Notes: a model not told the origin generated them from the letters alone. A DNA stretch of 64,000 bases from Balanoglossus misakiensis (GCA_040954595.2 CM082598.2:1674001-1738000), one strand, 5' to 3'. Positions 24,854 to 38,429 are shown, counted from the first letter of the stretch. Program-made: numbers and translations.

Positions 24854-25408
24854 TTACTCTTTTTCCAATTCATCGAACTTGTAGGAATTCTTGTCTGGGT
24901 AATCGACGAAATTGTTATTACCAGTCTTCGGAGGGCGGAGACAAAACCATCCCGTCTGACAGAATCTATCTGCCATATAATCTGCAAAGGTTTGTTGTAC
25001 AAAGGGAGGGGGTCGACCTGGTTCTGAAAAAAAGGAAGACATTTCCGTGATATAAATAAACTGCAAATTTATTGACTAAATTAGACTTCGTATTGCACGT
25101 TTACCTCATAAGTCAACTTCCTTACATCCATCGACCCAATGACCAACTGTACTTGAACAGGCTGCTAATACATTGCCGTTCTACTCACTGACTACAAATT
25201 AATTCTAGGGAGTCTTACTTTGGTGCTCGAGATCAGCGCGTTTGCCATAGCCAAAACGGTCCTGCAGCAGCTGACAATGGAATGGTGATAAACCCGCGTC
25301 TACACACCACCGATCCTGCGCTTGAGTCTTGACAGGCTGGGCCACAACTGTCCCAAGCACGAGAATGCAAATGACGGCTAAGGTTTGGAGCAAAGATTGC
25401 AACTTCAT
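24854..25408 (-). CDS. Small secreted peptide precursor 2 (GKR amidation site; two Cys-pair modules)
   Basis: Coding exons 25408-25219 and 25023-24854: MKLQSLLQTLAVICILVLGTVVA-QPVKTQAQDRWCVDAGLSPFHCQLLQDRFGYGKR-ADLEHQKPGRPPPFVQQTFADYMADRFCQTGWFCLRPPKTG..LEKE*. Splice sites sit at positions homologous to precursor 1. Confidence 0.75.
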
Positions 25409-25657
25409 CTTGAGTGGTGCACCTTGTTGAGAGAAGGAAAGATTTGGAATTAGACGGGAAGCTATGGCAAATCATTCTCGGTGTTGCCGATGAGTTGTTA
25501 GTTTGAAAAATGTGTTCATCCGGCACAATTACAAGCGCTGTGATTCAAACTTGCACTGGATGTATGGCAAGTTTAGCATACAAATACATTGCATCAACGG
25601 TATCATATGTTTGCATTTGAACAGCAACATAACAAAAACCGTAAATCCCTTACTTAC

Positions 25658-25770
25658 CTTGGTCAAGCACTGAGATACTCGAGAAGACTGTGCTCCTAGT
25701 TAGCTTATCCCAACAGAGAGTGACCCATTTTATACTATTGTGTTACGGGACAGTCGCGCATGGAATTATT
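25658..25770 (-). promoter_or_regulatory. Core promoter and 5'UTR exon of peptide gene 2
   Basis: TATAAAA on the minus strand at about 25728-25734, about 70 nt upstream of the donor at 25658; homologous to 24186-24293. Confidence 0.65.
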
Positions 25771-26614
25771 GGAAAAACGGTAGTAATTAGGAATACTGCG
25801 AACAGATTCCGTTAAAGACACATCCCCCGTCCGTGTCTGTCTGTCTATCTGTCTGACTGTATGTCTGTCTGTTTGCACAATTTAATATCTTTCTATCATT
25901 GTGACTCGTATCATGGTTACTGCTAAAAGTATACAACAATATGGTGTTCGGTATACTTAGTAATTGGTCATTATTTACCATGACATTAAAGCCCCATGAG
26001 CTGCAACTTCTGGGAAATGATCATGAAATTAATTTTCAAACTGTACTAACAGATTTTTAACGTTCAATTTTTTTTTATCCAGTTACAGCTTTAACCTTGC
26101 TTCCGCAGCCTTAAGGTATGAGTGAACTTCGAAAATAAAAGTATAAAACCATTTCACATATTTTGCTCAAGGCAACTGCTGATAATTTTCTCTTAAATTG
26201 ACAATAAATTGAAATTCGAAATGGCTTTAACTCTATTGCCTGGAAAAATACAAATACTGATAAATAAGGCACTGTTAGTGATTTTAATTTTGTGTTCAAA
26301 TGACGAGTCAAAACATCTTATTGGGAACACTTGCCTTTTCCTCGCAAGCTTTAAAAAATAATCCTTGAGAGATCTTATAGACAATTCATTCAAAATACTG
26401 ACTGTGGTAATATTTATTGTGTAAGCTAAGGAGCGCGTAGTTGAATAAAAACAAAATCATAGTCATTAACTATTGCGTGATGGCGCCATTTCATTTCCTG
26501 GATTTTGAATCACAAACTTAGGGTGTCTTTGTTGTCTGTTCGTCGTTTCCATTGAAATCGCACATTTTATGGTAAGAGTGTATACTATCTGACATTTTAA
26601 CTGACAATCGAATT

Positions 26615-29600
26615 ATGGAGCCTGATCCCACCCTGGAAACAGTTATTCAAGTCGTTCAAACACTGTACCATAGTCCAGACCTGTCGGCGAAGGAGAAAGC
26701 ATCGAAGTGGTTGGGTGATCTTCAGAAATCGGTAAGGGTGTACTTGCATACGTATCTACATGTATGTTAACGTTACAACTCCTAACCCGGTTTGACAGTA
26801 ACTTTAGACCGGGCCAAGAATGCTCTGTTTTAACGAATTCCCACGCTTAATTTCGTACCTAGAACTCTAATAGTACACATCCATACGTTGAACATTATAT
26901 TTAGCATCACAACGACGTCCAGCTTCGATCCAACCAACCTTGCAATCGAGGTAGCCGGTTACAGTACATGATATCTATGACACGACGTGTACCTGAACAG
27001 GCTTGGTTTCTAGGATGTTGTGACGATTTTTTCAGGACATTTCACGTAACGAGGCTACCTACCTCGAAATGTTTGGTAACTTTACCATGGTTTACAGTAA
27101 AACCATCATTAAAACTAATACAAGCTTGACATTTTTCACAAAATTTGGTATGGTTGGAAATCATACATGAACTACATGTAGATATCACAAATTGTTTACA
27201 CATCGCCTTGTTAATGTAAATTCGAATGAAAAACCAATGCATCTCAGGCGAAAACGTATGCCTCTGGTCTGGCCTGAGTTCGAGTATGTTAGCCTAGGTT
27301 TAGACCTAGTTCATTTTGGCCGAGTTGACCCATTTGTGGTGTCGGCCTCAGACGTTTTCTTAGTGGGGCATCCACAAGCATTTGTACCCATATTTCAACA
27401 AAAAACATTAAATGTACATGGTGTGCAATTTTTGTTGTCTTTCGCAGGTACACGCATGGCAGATTGCTGACCAGCTGATGAGGTTGCGACAGGATGTTGA
27501 AACAAGTTATTTTGCAGCTCATACCATGAGAACAAAAGTAAGTTTGAAACATTTCCAATCCCTTCATGTGGGCACAAACATTGTAACAAGGGACTGTATT
27601 TCAAATATTAACCACCACCAAAACACAAGCCTATCCTGCATCAGTCTGTTTATCAACTGATACACTGGGACCTCCTTCCCACTGTTTCCCAGTTGTGTGG
27701 CGGGGGACTTGAGTATAGGAAGTGTATTTGCTTCAGTAATAATTATTGGTACATGTACGGCCAAGTTGTGGATATTACATAATAGCGCACTGTATACATG
27801 TTATTGTTTATATAGCTTGGTCTATTGTTTGTGTATTTGCATGATAATAAGGTGCTAACTTTTGCTGGGTTTGCATGTACACAGGGGCCATTAGTATGGG
27901 TACTAATTACTAGGAGCACTGTGCTACATGCAGGAGTAAATATTCAGTAACCGTGTTGAGTTTGGTCATGACAATTTCATACCTGGTCTGATTAGCCCAT
28001 GCTGGCTTTGGTATTGTTGTTGTCATTCAATAAAGTATGCTCAAAATCATGAAATTCCTTGAATATAATCTTTCAATGTCTCTTTGACAGATCCAGTATG
28101 CGTTTCATGAATTGCCTGCGGACTCGCACACCTCTCTGCGAGACTCACTGATCTCGCACATCGAGCAGTTGTCCCATGATGCCTCACCGGTAATCTTAAC
28201 ACAGCTGTGCCTAGCCCTGGCCGATCTGGCTCTTCAGATGGTGGTGTGGAAAAACTCTGTGCAGGATTTGTTACAGAGGTGAGTGTGTCATCCGACCAGT
28301 CAGTAGACTATTTTCTGAACTCCACGGGACCCTGTGAGATCTTGCGTGGATAGGCAAGGACATTTCATGTGACATATCATTGTCTTCTGTTGCAGGTTTG
28401 GTAACGACCACAAGTACTTACCATTCCTTTTGGAAGTATTGACAGTGATGCCCGAAGAGGTGAATAGTCGCGCATTACGACTCGGTGCTAATAGACGCGA
28501 CGAAATCATACAGGAATTCAATAAGTCGGTTTCTCTTGTAATTGCGTTATTGGTAAGTGTGGAAACCTTATACATACACCAGATTGTCTTCATTTCAGTT
28601 TATTTTACTGTACATTCACCAGCTCTTATGGGGGTTCACACGGACCATTTATGATATTTCTGTACACCCATTTCCTCTTCAGACAAACTGCTTGGATTCC
28701 AGCGATAGTCGCTCACTCACAAAAGTTTTCAAGTGTCTGGCAAGCTGGTTCAATGTCGGTGTGATCCCGGACGAGCTGATCTCCCAGTCGAAGGTCATGA
28801 TGGCACCCTTCCACATCCTGGTAAGTTGGACACTAACCGTCTTTGTCTTGCTATGCGACCCGAAGACATACACGTTCTCTCATTCCAAAAGCTTGGATTG
28901 TTGTTTTATGTATATGTCTATTGCATGTATATACATGGTATGTATGTATGTGTGTGTGTGCGTGTTAAACTTTTACACATTTTTCAGGACATTTTCCAAT
29001 TCTGTCTCTTTTTCTTTCACTCCTAGTTGAACAGAGCAACATCATCTGGACTTCACGAGGCAGCTACTGATTGTATCTGTGCAGCTTTGTATGTTGCCGA
29101 GGTAGGTGTTGCCATGGAAACACAATAGTAAACTTCGCACTCACTATTATTGTATGCCTGTTCCTCCAAGGTCAAGGCTGCCCGGACAAGAGACCTTGGC
29201 AAGCACAGATGAAATACAACTGTTTTTATCAGATACTGAAATAGCGCCAGGTACTTAGTTGCTCCCATTTTATTACTTGTCACACCAACAGGATCTGAGT
29301 CGACATTACCCTTTAGCAGAGATGTTATTTCAAGGCGTGATGATGTTACAAGAACCATATCACATGTCAGTAGCTGAAGAGGACATAGACAAGTAAGAGA
29401 ATATATTAATTTTTCATGGGAAAACACTGTTGTATATTTATAGAGGTTTTTTGTAGCAATTATTATGAACAGTTTAACATATTGGTCTTTGAAGAAGATG
29501 TAGTGATATCTGTCAGTCATTGTATATCATTGTTGTTATTTTCCTCCCCTTCTTGTAGGTCAATAAATTTTTGCAGAATATTTACAGAACTAGCAGAATC

Positions 29601-30882
29601 ATTCCTTGAAATCATGGTTAAGATGCCTGGAAAGGTGAGGTTTCTTGTGTTCATGTCCGGACTAAAATTTATTTGTCAACAATATGGCCTTATAGACAGG
29701 TCAATTAATGTACATAATTGCACAGGGACTGTATCAAAGTGGTCACTATATAGGGATTGCCACTAACACAGGTTTGAATGTATTTTCATAGGGTTTAGGA
29801 CAGCTCTCAATACTGGACTTTCTGCTGACATGTGTTGGCCACCACCAATATGAAGTGGCTGAAATCACCTTCAATTTCTGGTATCGTATCTCGGAGACAC
29901 TCTACAAGGAAGACAATCAAGAACACAATGAAATGTTTCGCCCGTACATTCAGAGGTTGATTACAGCTTTGTGTGTTCATTGCCAGATGGATCCTGATCA
30001 CGTAAGTGCTTATTATGTGCCAGGATTTTATAAATCCACGGATTTGGTTTGGATTTGAGGAGGCATCATTGTTTGAATGGAAACTTTTCTTTTCTCACTT
30101 GTGTTGATCGAAATCTAACTGTTTATTCCCTTTTTTGTTCGACTCCTGTAGGAAGGAATTCCAGATGAAAAAGATGATTATGGCGACTTCCGGATGCGTG
30201 TTTCCGAGTTGATTAAAGATGTGGTGTTCTTAAATGGCTCATCCACATGTTTTAAACAGGTAAGGTTATTGTATTTTAGTCCGGACTAAAACACAGCTTG
30301 GTTTTCATCGGTTTGGCTGAGGGTCTTGTAGACTTGTATAGGCCTTACTGAGTAACACACACTTGGCATGTAAACAGACCTGGGTACCAGAAGGGCCCCT
30401 GGAAATCAAAGCAGTTTCAACTGACTTGGCAGGTTAAGGGTTAAACATGCCTTAGTTGTTAATGTTGCATATACCAAAGAAAGTAGTGAAATAACAGTCT
30501 TTTTGTATTTTGGCTGTAGATGTTCGAAGCACTGGCCGCCCAGGGCCCCAACACATCCTGGGAAACAACAGAGGCCGCTTTATTCGTCATGTCTGCCGTT
30601 GCCAAGAATGTCCTGCCGTAAGTATACATTGCGCAATATATGCTTGTGGTTGCAACCCATTATTTATTTCTTCAATTATTTATTTTATTTTTTCAATTTT
30701 CTTGTAGCAATGAGGGTGAAGTTGTTCCACAAGTAGTCCAAGCAATTCTCAACTTACCAAAGGATTGTCATTTAGCTGTTCGATACACCAGTACTCATTT
30801 AATAGGTGAACTCGGAGAGTGGATTGAACAGCACACACAATATCTAGGTAAGGAATGTCAACTGTCTCTCTCTGCCCCTGTC

Positions 30883-30921
<39 letters not shown>

Positions 30922-33241
30922 GTCTCTCTGCCTCTCTCTGCCTCTGTCTGGCTTGTCTAATCTGTCTGCTTATCTGATATTCACAGATCCAATCCTAGGA
31001 TTCCTAATGAATGGTTTGCAGACATCTGAGTTGGGTTCTGTGGCCGCCCACTCCATACAGAACATCTGTGATGTCCTCAGCGAACACATGACCAATCACT
31101 TTGAAGGCTTGCTGCAAATAACGCAGGCTATTGATTCGTTCAACTTGTCACATGACGCAGCTATAGGACTTATAAAAGGTAATCCTCTATGCTATGGTTG
31201 TTACTTTGTATAACACTGTAGTGTATCTGCTAAAATGTACATCACTGTAAACAATGTGGGAACAATGCTATTGTTTTGTTTATAAACAGAAAAGTCACAC
31301 ATGTGCAGTTAAGACGACATTCCCCCTTTAATAATTTAATATTTCATTAACTTTGCCATCTCACAGGTGCTGCAGTTATCCTAGCCAAGCAGCCTGTGGA
31401 CAAGGTTGCAGAAGGTGTCCAGCAACTTGTAATGGTACAAATACATGCCCTAGCTCAGGTAACAAACTATATGACACATTGCTGTGCTTGAAAAAAAACA
31501 TTAGTCTAAAGTGTAAAAGACCATTTGTCAAAATGAATTGTCCTTTTTTATTCCTTTAGCTTATGAAAACAGAGGAGAAGAAAGATGGTCACCATAACGA
31601 CCCTGCAGTGTGGCTGGATAGACTGTCTGCTATCTTTAGGTAAAGTGTGAATGTTGCAGAAAATTTTCATGAGATTATCAAATTTGGTCATTTTCTCCAA
31701 AGTGTTAGAGAACAAAGAAGAAAACAGGGTGTTCACAATCGTATTTTCACAAAAATAACCGCATATGTACTTAAATTTGTCTCTGGCAGCCATTTTGAAT
31801 TTTGAGACAATTTGGCTTTCTCATTCAAAATCATGTACAGCGACAGCCCTTCATTAATTTTGGACTCGTTTATTGACAGGTATGCAAATCCCAATATTAG
31901 CAATGGCCAGCTCCATCCATGCCAACAGGCACTGATCGAAATCTGGCCGGTTTTATCGGAAGTGATGGGGAAATATCAAACGGATGAACGGATCGTGGAG
32001 AGGTGCTGTCGATGCCTTCGTTTTGCGTTCAGAACGATTGGCAAAGGCGCTACAGTGTTATTGACCCCTTTAGTTACTCAGGTAAGTGCGAGATTTGAAG
32101 GAGGTCTTTTCACAATCCAGACCTGTACAGACTGTGTTGATAAGTCCAATACCAACACCATGTTTGAGAATGTTTAACCCTTTCACCACCATGGTTCAGT
32201 CCAAACCCGTTGTTTTCTATGGTAAGGTTGGACCTCTAAAGATGGAACTGGGGGTGAAAGGGTTAAAAGGAAATGAAGCGGAGAACACTGATGCTGGAAA
32301 AATAACCAATGTTAACATCTAATGAAGCTTTAACTCACAATTGTTTCTACAAAACTTGTAGTCTATTAAAGACTTCCATGTATTCATGAATTATTCAGAT
32401 CGGCCTAAAACTTTTTTGTGTGTCTTTATTGCAGATGGTGGCCATTTATCAAGTCCATCAGCATTCATGTTTTTTGTACCTTGGTAGTATATTGGTAGAT
32501 GAATATGGTAGAGAACATGGTTGTGTGCAAGGACTCATAGATATGCTACAGGTTAGTGCTGATGAGACAGAAAAATGACTTGAGCTGAGTTGAAATACCT
32601 TAGTTGAGTTGTGACAACTTGTGACTGAACACATTTCAGTGAGCAGAACAACTGAAATTATTTATAAAAATAACAAGAAGTAAAGTCAAAAGTGAGAGAC
32701 TTATACTTATTGTCCCTTTAATATGTGATTTGTCTTTTTCTATGTACAGGCACTGAGTGGCCCGACCTTTGAACTTTTACAAAACCAGAATGGCTTCAGG
32801 AATCACCCTGATACAGTAGACGATTTATATAGACTAGCAGCAAGGTTTGTAGAATGGTTTAGCCCATGCACCCCTATTTCCTTGTGGTTTAATCCATAGA
32901 CCTTGATTTCCTTGTCTATGGGCTCACCTGTGCCATAGAAAACGGTGGAGTTATATTCAACGATCAAATAATCTGATTATGTGTAAATGTTTTGCGTTTC
33001 AGATTTTTACAGAGATGCCCAGTTTCATTTTTACAAAGCCAAGCGATAATACCAGTGTTAGAGTGTGCGCTGGCAGCAGTTTCACTAGAACACAGAGATG
33101 CCAATGCATCTGTCATGAAATTTTTCAGGGATTTGATCTATTCAGCTACTGGCCATGAGGTGAGTTTAATATAGGGTGTTATTGGTGATCTTGTCATAGT
33201 TTGTTTGAGTGTGCATCTCTGTCTGTCTGTCATTCCCTCCC

Positions 33242-33285
<44 letters not shown>

Positions 33286-34146
33286 ATTCTCTCTCTCCTC
33301 TCCCTCCCTCCCTGTCCCCTTCTGTACTTGTCTTTGTATAATAACACTTGATTACTTCGAACTTAGAGGCTGCAGACCTACAGTATCTGAATAAACACAC
33401 ATATAAACATAGCACAGGTCACATACAAACTCAGCTATTCTCCAATCCCATACAGGATAAGGACGATTACGAAGCCAGGAAAACCACAGTGCAATCAATT
33501 ATTAATCAACACGGCCAACAGCTTGTTCATAACCTCATAATTGCTGTCGTCTTCAATTTACCCGTCTACATGGTGCCTGAAATAGGTGATGTCATCTACG
33601 AGCTGATGATCTTTGATAGGCCAGTAAGTGTCATGTGATCTTTCTGTATCTGTAGTTTCATTCGAGGTGTTTGTGGACCTTAGTCAAATGTTTGAGCGAA
33701 CGGTTCGCTGCTTTGAGCAAATTTTCAGTCCAGCTTACGTGACCCAGGTGTGCGATTATTGCATGATTGATTCCTGGTCATTTTGTTTCGTTGCAGAGTG
33801 TGTGTAGGTGGCTGGAAACCGCCTTAAAGAATCTACCAACAGAAACCAAGCCAGGTGCTGTCTGTGCCACACACAAGCAACTGACAGATTTCCATAAAAA
33901 GGTCACAAGGTAAGAGCCTATCTGCCTGTCTGTCTGTGTGTGTGTCTGTGTGTTTCTCTGTCTGTCTGTCTGGCTAAGAGTGTGTTCTGCCGTCACCAGT
34001 ACACAAGAAATGAAGTATTAGTGTTGTGAATGAAATGGAATATATCAATTCTTTTGAAATTGTAATAATTGTATGACAACTCCTTTGAGTAAAAGCTAAA
34101 ACTGTTATAGATATAATATTGAATTGAGTATTAATTCTCTCTCTCC

Positions 34147-34181
<35 letters not shown>

Positions 34182-34248
34182 CCACAGTGCTGAAGATCAG
34201 AATCAAGTATCATATGCTTTGAGAGACTTCGCAAGACTTTTTAGATAA
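26615..34248 (+). CDS. TNPO3: Transportin-3 (importin-beta family)
   Basis: About 22 exons. Begins [46 protein letters not shown]; includes [72 protein letters not shown]; ends [10 protein letters not shown]. Confidence 0.96.
32174..32266. mobile_element. TTAA-flanked MITE, copy 2 (TNPO3 intron)
   Basis: TTAA-CCCTTTCACC...GGTGAAAGGG-TTAA. Confidence 0.82.
33243..33300. repeat. (CT)n microsatellite
   Basis: CT dinucleotide run; similar runs at about 6800-6832, 30865-30950 and 34136-34180. Confidence 0.85.
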
Positions 34249-35680
34249 TATGGCTCCCACCTGGTCAGCTTCCGTCACCTTTTTTCATCAAGAATTTTTA
34301 TAAAACGAACAGACAAGTGTGTAGAATCTTTATTTGCTTGGTCGTTTAAACACCGACGAACTGTGTTGATGTGGAGCATAGTTTGTCACCTTTTACTCTG
34401 ATCAAAAGTGGAATATCAAAGACAACTTGCCATACAACACACCTTTGCATCTGGTATGAGACAAAATTTACCCTCAAAAAAGAACCATACCATGTTTCTT
34501 ATAGTGGGAGTGTTGATGCAAAAAATGAAATTTTCCATGATGAGCTTTCATATCAGTTTTCACAGCCATGACCAAAAACCATTGATAAATTGATTTACTT
34601 TTTTAAAAAGAACAACCAGAAATAACAAAAATACTCGTGGCTGTTTTATTGTGAATATTGACGATTCTTTTTTTACAAACTGCGGGTTAGTTTGGTTCGA
34701 GAGGAACGAGGAGAAATAAAATGCCCTAAACTTTAGTACAACGTGCTAATTTCTGTCCCGATGTTTTGTTGCAAAGTTTGAAAATGTATAATGTCATCCC
34801 GCTATCTGGGTAATAGCCAGACAAAACCAGAGACTCTATTTTCGTTTGTGAAACGTTCAGAGCCATGTTGTACATGTATACGTAGAAATGAACAAACTTG
34901 GCATCGGAAAAAGAGAGAGAGACGATGACTGTCTTGTTTCTCCAGTTTTTCATTTTATGTTGAGCGAATTCTTCTGTAAACTGATAGTGTAGCTGCCAAA
35001 TAGCCTCAGAGTCTGTGGATAATGTATATTCCTTCAATTAACCTCCATCTATGATTAGGCACCAGGTAGATCTGACTTTGTGATATTTTACACTTGGAAA
35101 ACAGCTTGTATACAAAGCCTGCCAGCAGACACTATTATGTTCTCAATCCAGTTTATTGTCTCATTTTGATATTTTGATGACTGGGTATGACTTGCAACAA
35201 ATATCAATATTAACGAGCATGAATGTTAATTAGTAGCCAGCTCTCAAGTCAAGCTGTCTCAAATGCGCCTTGAAAATAATCTTTAAAAACTGAAAACCGA
35301 GGAAATTTTGTTCTGCTTGAAGTGCCTGGATTCTTAATGTAATTTATTGATAGTAGCAGGTTGGGCGAATTAGTTTACGAAACTTTTTTTTTGTGAACTG
35401 ATGGTGTCACTGTTCATTCAAAACAGTTCATACCTTTCCTCATCACCGATTGGGCTAACCCAATTGTTTTCAATGCTGATGTTGGACCTGTACACTTTTA
35501 AATGGGGGTTGAAATCCTTTAGTGTGCAAATTGTGAATATTTTTTTGTTTGTAACTTCCTTGTCAGTGTGAACTCTGCCCAGTTGTTGAATATAAATTCA
35601 GATTAGAGGGAGTAACGCTAGGAGATAAGGACTTGGCTGTTTCCGTGAAATAACCGTTATTGATCTGTTAACGAATCCGA

Positions 35681-35774
35681 ATAACCCTCTCACCCCCATG
35701 GTTTGGTCCGAATCCATTGATTTCTATAGTGAAGTTGGACCTCTATAGAGCGAAATGGGGGTGAAAGGGTTTAA
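35681..35774. mobile_element. TTAA-type MITE, copy 3 (degenerate; probable TNPO3 3'UTR)
   Basis: ATAACCCTCTCACCCCC...GGGGGTGAAAGGGTTTAA with the same internal GTTGGACCTCTA; an older remnant lies at about 35430-35515. Confidence 0.7.
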
Positions 35775-37959
35775 GTTGACGTGTATCCTTCATCGTTCCC
35801 AGTCTCCTGATTTGCCCGTTTCAGAGTGAAAATTAATAAATCACTCAGAAAAATAACAGCAATGAAATTTTGAGTATAATTCGGGTAATAGTGCCAAATA
35901 TAGTAGTGTGCATAATTTAATGCTGATAAAAAAATCTGGTGTACTAGCGCCCTCTATGTCAATCCGGCAATTTCTGTTGTTTATTTGTAAAACGTAAAAC
36001 TACTGGTGCATATGACAAAAAACGTCAGGTAATATATGCCAAAGTTATTTCAGAAAAATCTTACTTGTACTTCTGTTGTGTATTAGATACAATACTTTTT
36101 ATTTCTTTTCTTTTAAGTTCGTTATTTTTTTTACTTTGTTCATTAATCTTGTCTGTTATGAGAGCACACTGCCTTATGGCACTGACTGTATACAATTTTT
36201 GTAACCAGAGTCTCTGGTTTTGCACATGTGCATATGACGATCGTTGCCCTTTAAAACCCAATTACACTCAGTCAGTTTGCTTTCTGTGTGTCCAATCAAT
36301 ATTAAGAATTTCTGTCTTGTGCATTATTAATGATCTCTCCACTGTTTTTTGTGTATAGCCTGTCTCCATTTAACTTAGCAATAAGACGTGTTTCTTAGAC
36401 TTTGGGTAGTAGTTGCCATGGCAAAATGAACAAAACAGAATGGGACTAAAACATCATAGATGTCATTATATAATCAGTGATCATGAAACAGGGCGTCATA
36501 GATCAGTAACTGTTCTTTCACCCTCGGCACCAAATTCACACACATTGGTATCAACAAAGGGGCATATCTCCATTTTTTTGGCATTTGCTGATCAGTATTT
36601 ACAGTGATATTGGACTCTCAAATTTCTTGATCTGGGATACCTGTACAGGCCACCACATTTTGATAAAAATTGATAGCTGGGTGCCAACCAAAAATGGAAA
36701 TTTATTCTTGGGGAATTTAGTTGCATCTTCTCATGTTAATGCATAGCAGAATTTCACTCAGTTTTTTTTTCATGTACAAAAAACCACCCTGAGTAGATGT
36801 AGACTTGTTTGCTGTAAATCATCAACAGAATAAGGCAAGCTGAGTTCTGTTTTAGAACCCACTTTCTATTTGTCTTGCAATTTTACTTTCCCCTTTCATT
36901 TTAGTGCTTTTGTAAATTTTATTGTACATGTATTTGTGGTTGTTTTTGTTTATTTTTGTTGTGAAATAAACAACATGGAAAAAACATGTCAGATGAATAT
37001 CTGATCAACAGTAATATTTGTTGTCGTTATTATGTGCTATATTTACCACCTTGGAAGTTCATGGATGGTTGAAGGTACTAGTATATGCATGATAAAATAT
37101 CTACATGAAGGTGAATTTTTTAGTCGTATTCCAGTTACTGTGGTGTGTTGATCAAATTAATGAGAGACAACACCAAAGTGATGTTGTGAACCACAAAATA
37201 ATCCGCAGAAAAATAATAATTAACGTTATAACGTTATAACGTCCCCTGGTGTGGAGGAGTTCGTTTGCAGGTGATAGAGACATGAGAGAAAAATAGGCAA
37301 TATTCCTGATTTTCAGGTAGAGAATTCCCGTATATGTCACTCATCTATTGAGGGGCGGAGACTCGGTCACGTTTTCCCTCCTCTTCTGATGTAGCCGTCG
37401 TACTATGAACAGTGCGGCGTTTTCGCTCCTGATCTAATTTCTCTGACAACCGCTATTTTGCGTTTATTTTCGTTCAAATCCATTTTTGTGTTGAGACAGG
37501 TGTTTGTGAGAGGTTCGCGCGGGTCCGTCTGTGTCTGGATGGACGCGGCGGTCAGTTTTTGGCGGTGAATGATGTTTGTTGAGAACCGTTGTATCTTTGT
37601 GTGCAAAAGAGGTCACAGGAGTTCAGGGGGATGTGTTGGACTCTGGGCACCGTACTCCTCACGGGATCTGTTAACGCAGGTCAGCTCAACACGTTACCTT
37701 GGGCTTTTGTATCGCCTTCTTTTGCTGTGATTTGAGGGCAAAACTGTCAATTTAGGCATTCAGCGTCCGGTCAGATCTCTCATTCTCTGTGTCGATAAAA
37801 GCATCGTATTTATTTGTGGATACAAATTTATCGCAGGATAGGGAGGTTGTTTTCAACAGTAAGGTTGATTCCCGGGTTCGAGAGAAAAGACGTTAATTCT
37901 ACGGTTATTCCTGATGAAGCCCTGAAATTCCGCTCGTTTCATCGGGCACAGGGAGGGGG

Positions 37960-38064
37960 TAGCTCTGGACTTATACGCTGTTTGGGTCTACGCTGCTTTC
38001 CGTCCCCACGGAGAGTGGGGACGGAGAGCAGCGTAGACCCAAACAGCGCATACGTCCAGAGCTT
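37960..38064. mobile_element. Hairpin (fold-back) MITE, copy 1
   Basis: Near-perfect inverted repeat TAGCTCTGGACTTATACGCTGTTTGGGTCTACGCTGC...GCAGCGTAGACCCAAACAGCGCATACGTCCAGAGCT; TSD degenerate in G-rich flanks. Confidence 0.85.
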
Positions 38065-38429
38065 ACAGGGGGGTAAATATCTGAGCGTTTCCCCGAGGGA
38101 CAGTTGTTTTCGACGCACTCGATTTTCATCAGGGCACGTAACATAATTTGCAACATTGTTTGTGTTGAAGCAGACTAAAGTCTCGGATTACATTTCATAG
38201 TGAATATACGACCGAGAAGAAATCGAAACCTCAAACTTTAGCACGACAAAATGTGTGTGATTCCCTTTTCATTATTTTATAGAACATAAAAAATTGACGA
38301 ATCTTCATGTATTTTATTCTGCCGAAACACAACACGCGAACGAAAGATTGGGCCTACAAAAAAACGAACATATAGTATTTTCTTCTATCAAACCATCCAT
38401 GATCAAACTCTAGTCCCCTGATATGCGAC

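Noticed and set aside
23685-25408. Assignment of the peptides to the calcitonin/adrenomedullin family
   Set aside because: Cys spacing (x14, x9) and position do not fit the short N-terminal C-x4/5-C ring; the GY-amide ending alone is insufficient.
25985-26115. Possible inverted-repeat element (TTAAAGCCCCATGAGCTGCAACT, similar to about 48600)
   Set aside because: Ends too degenerate to define TIRs or a TSD by eye.
37340-37900. CpG-rich stretch with a GC box and a 67-aa minus-strand ORF
   Set aside because: No recognisable protein motif or consistent exon chain; cannot support a gene.
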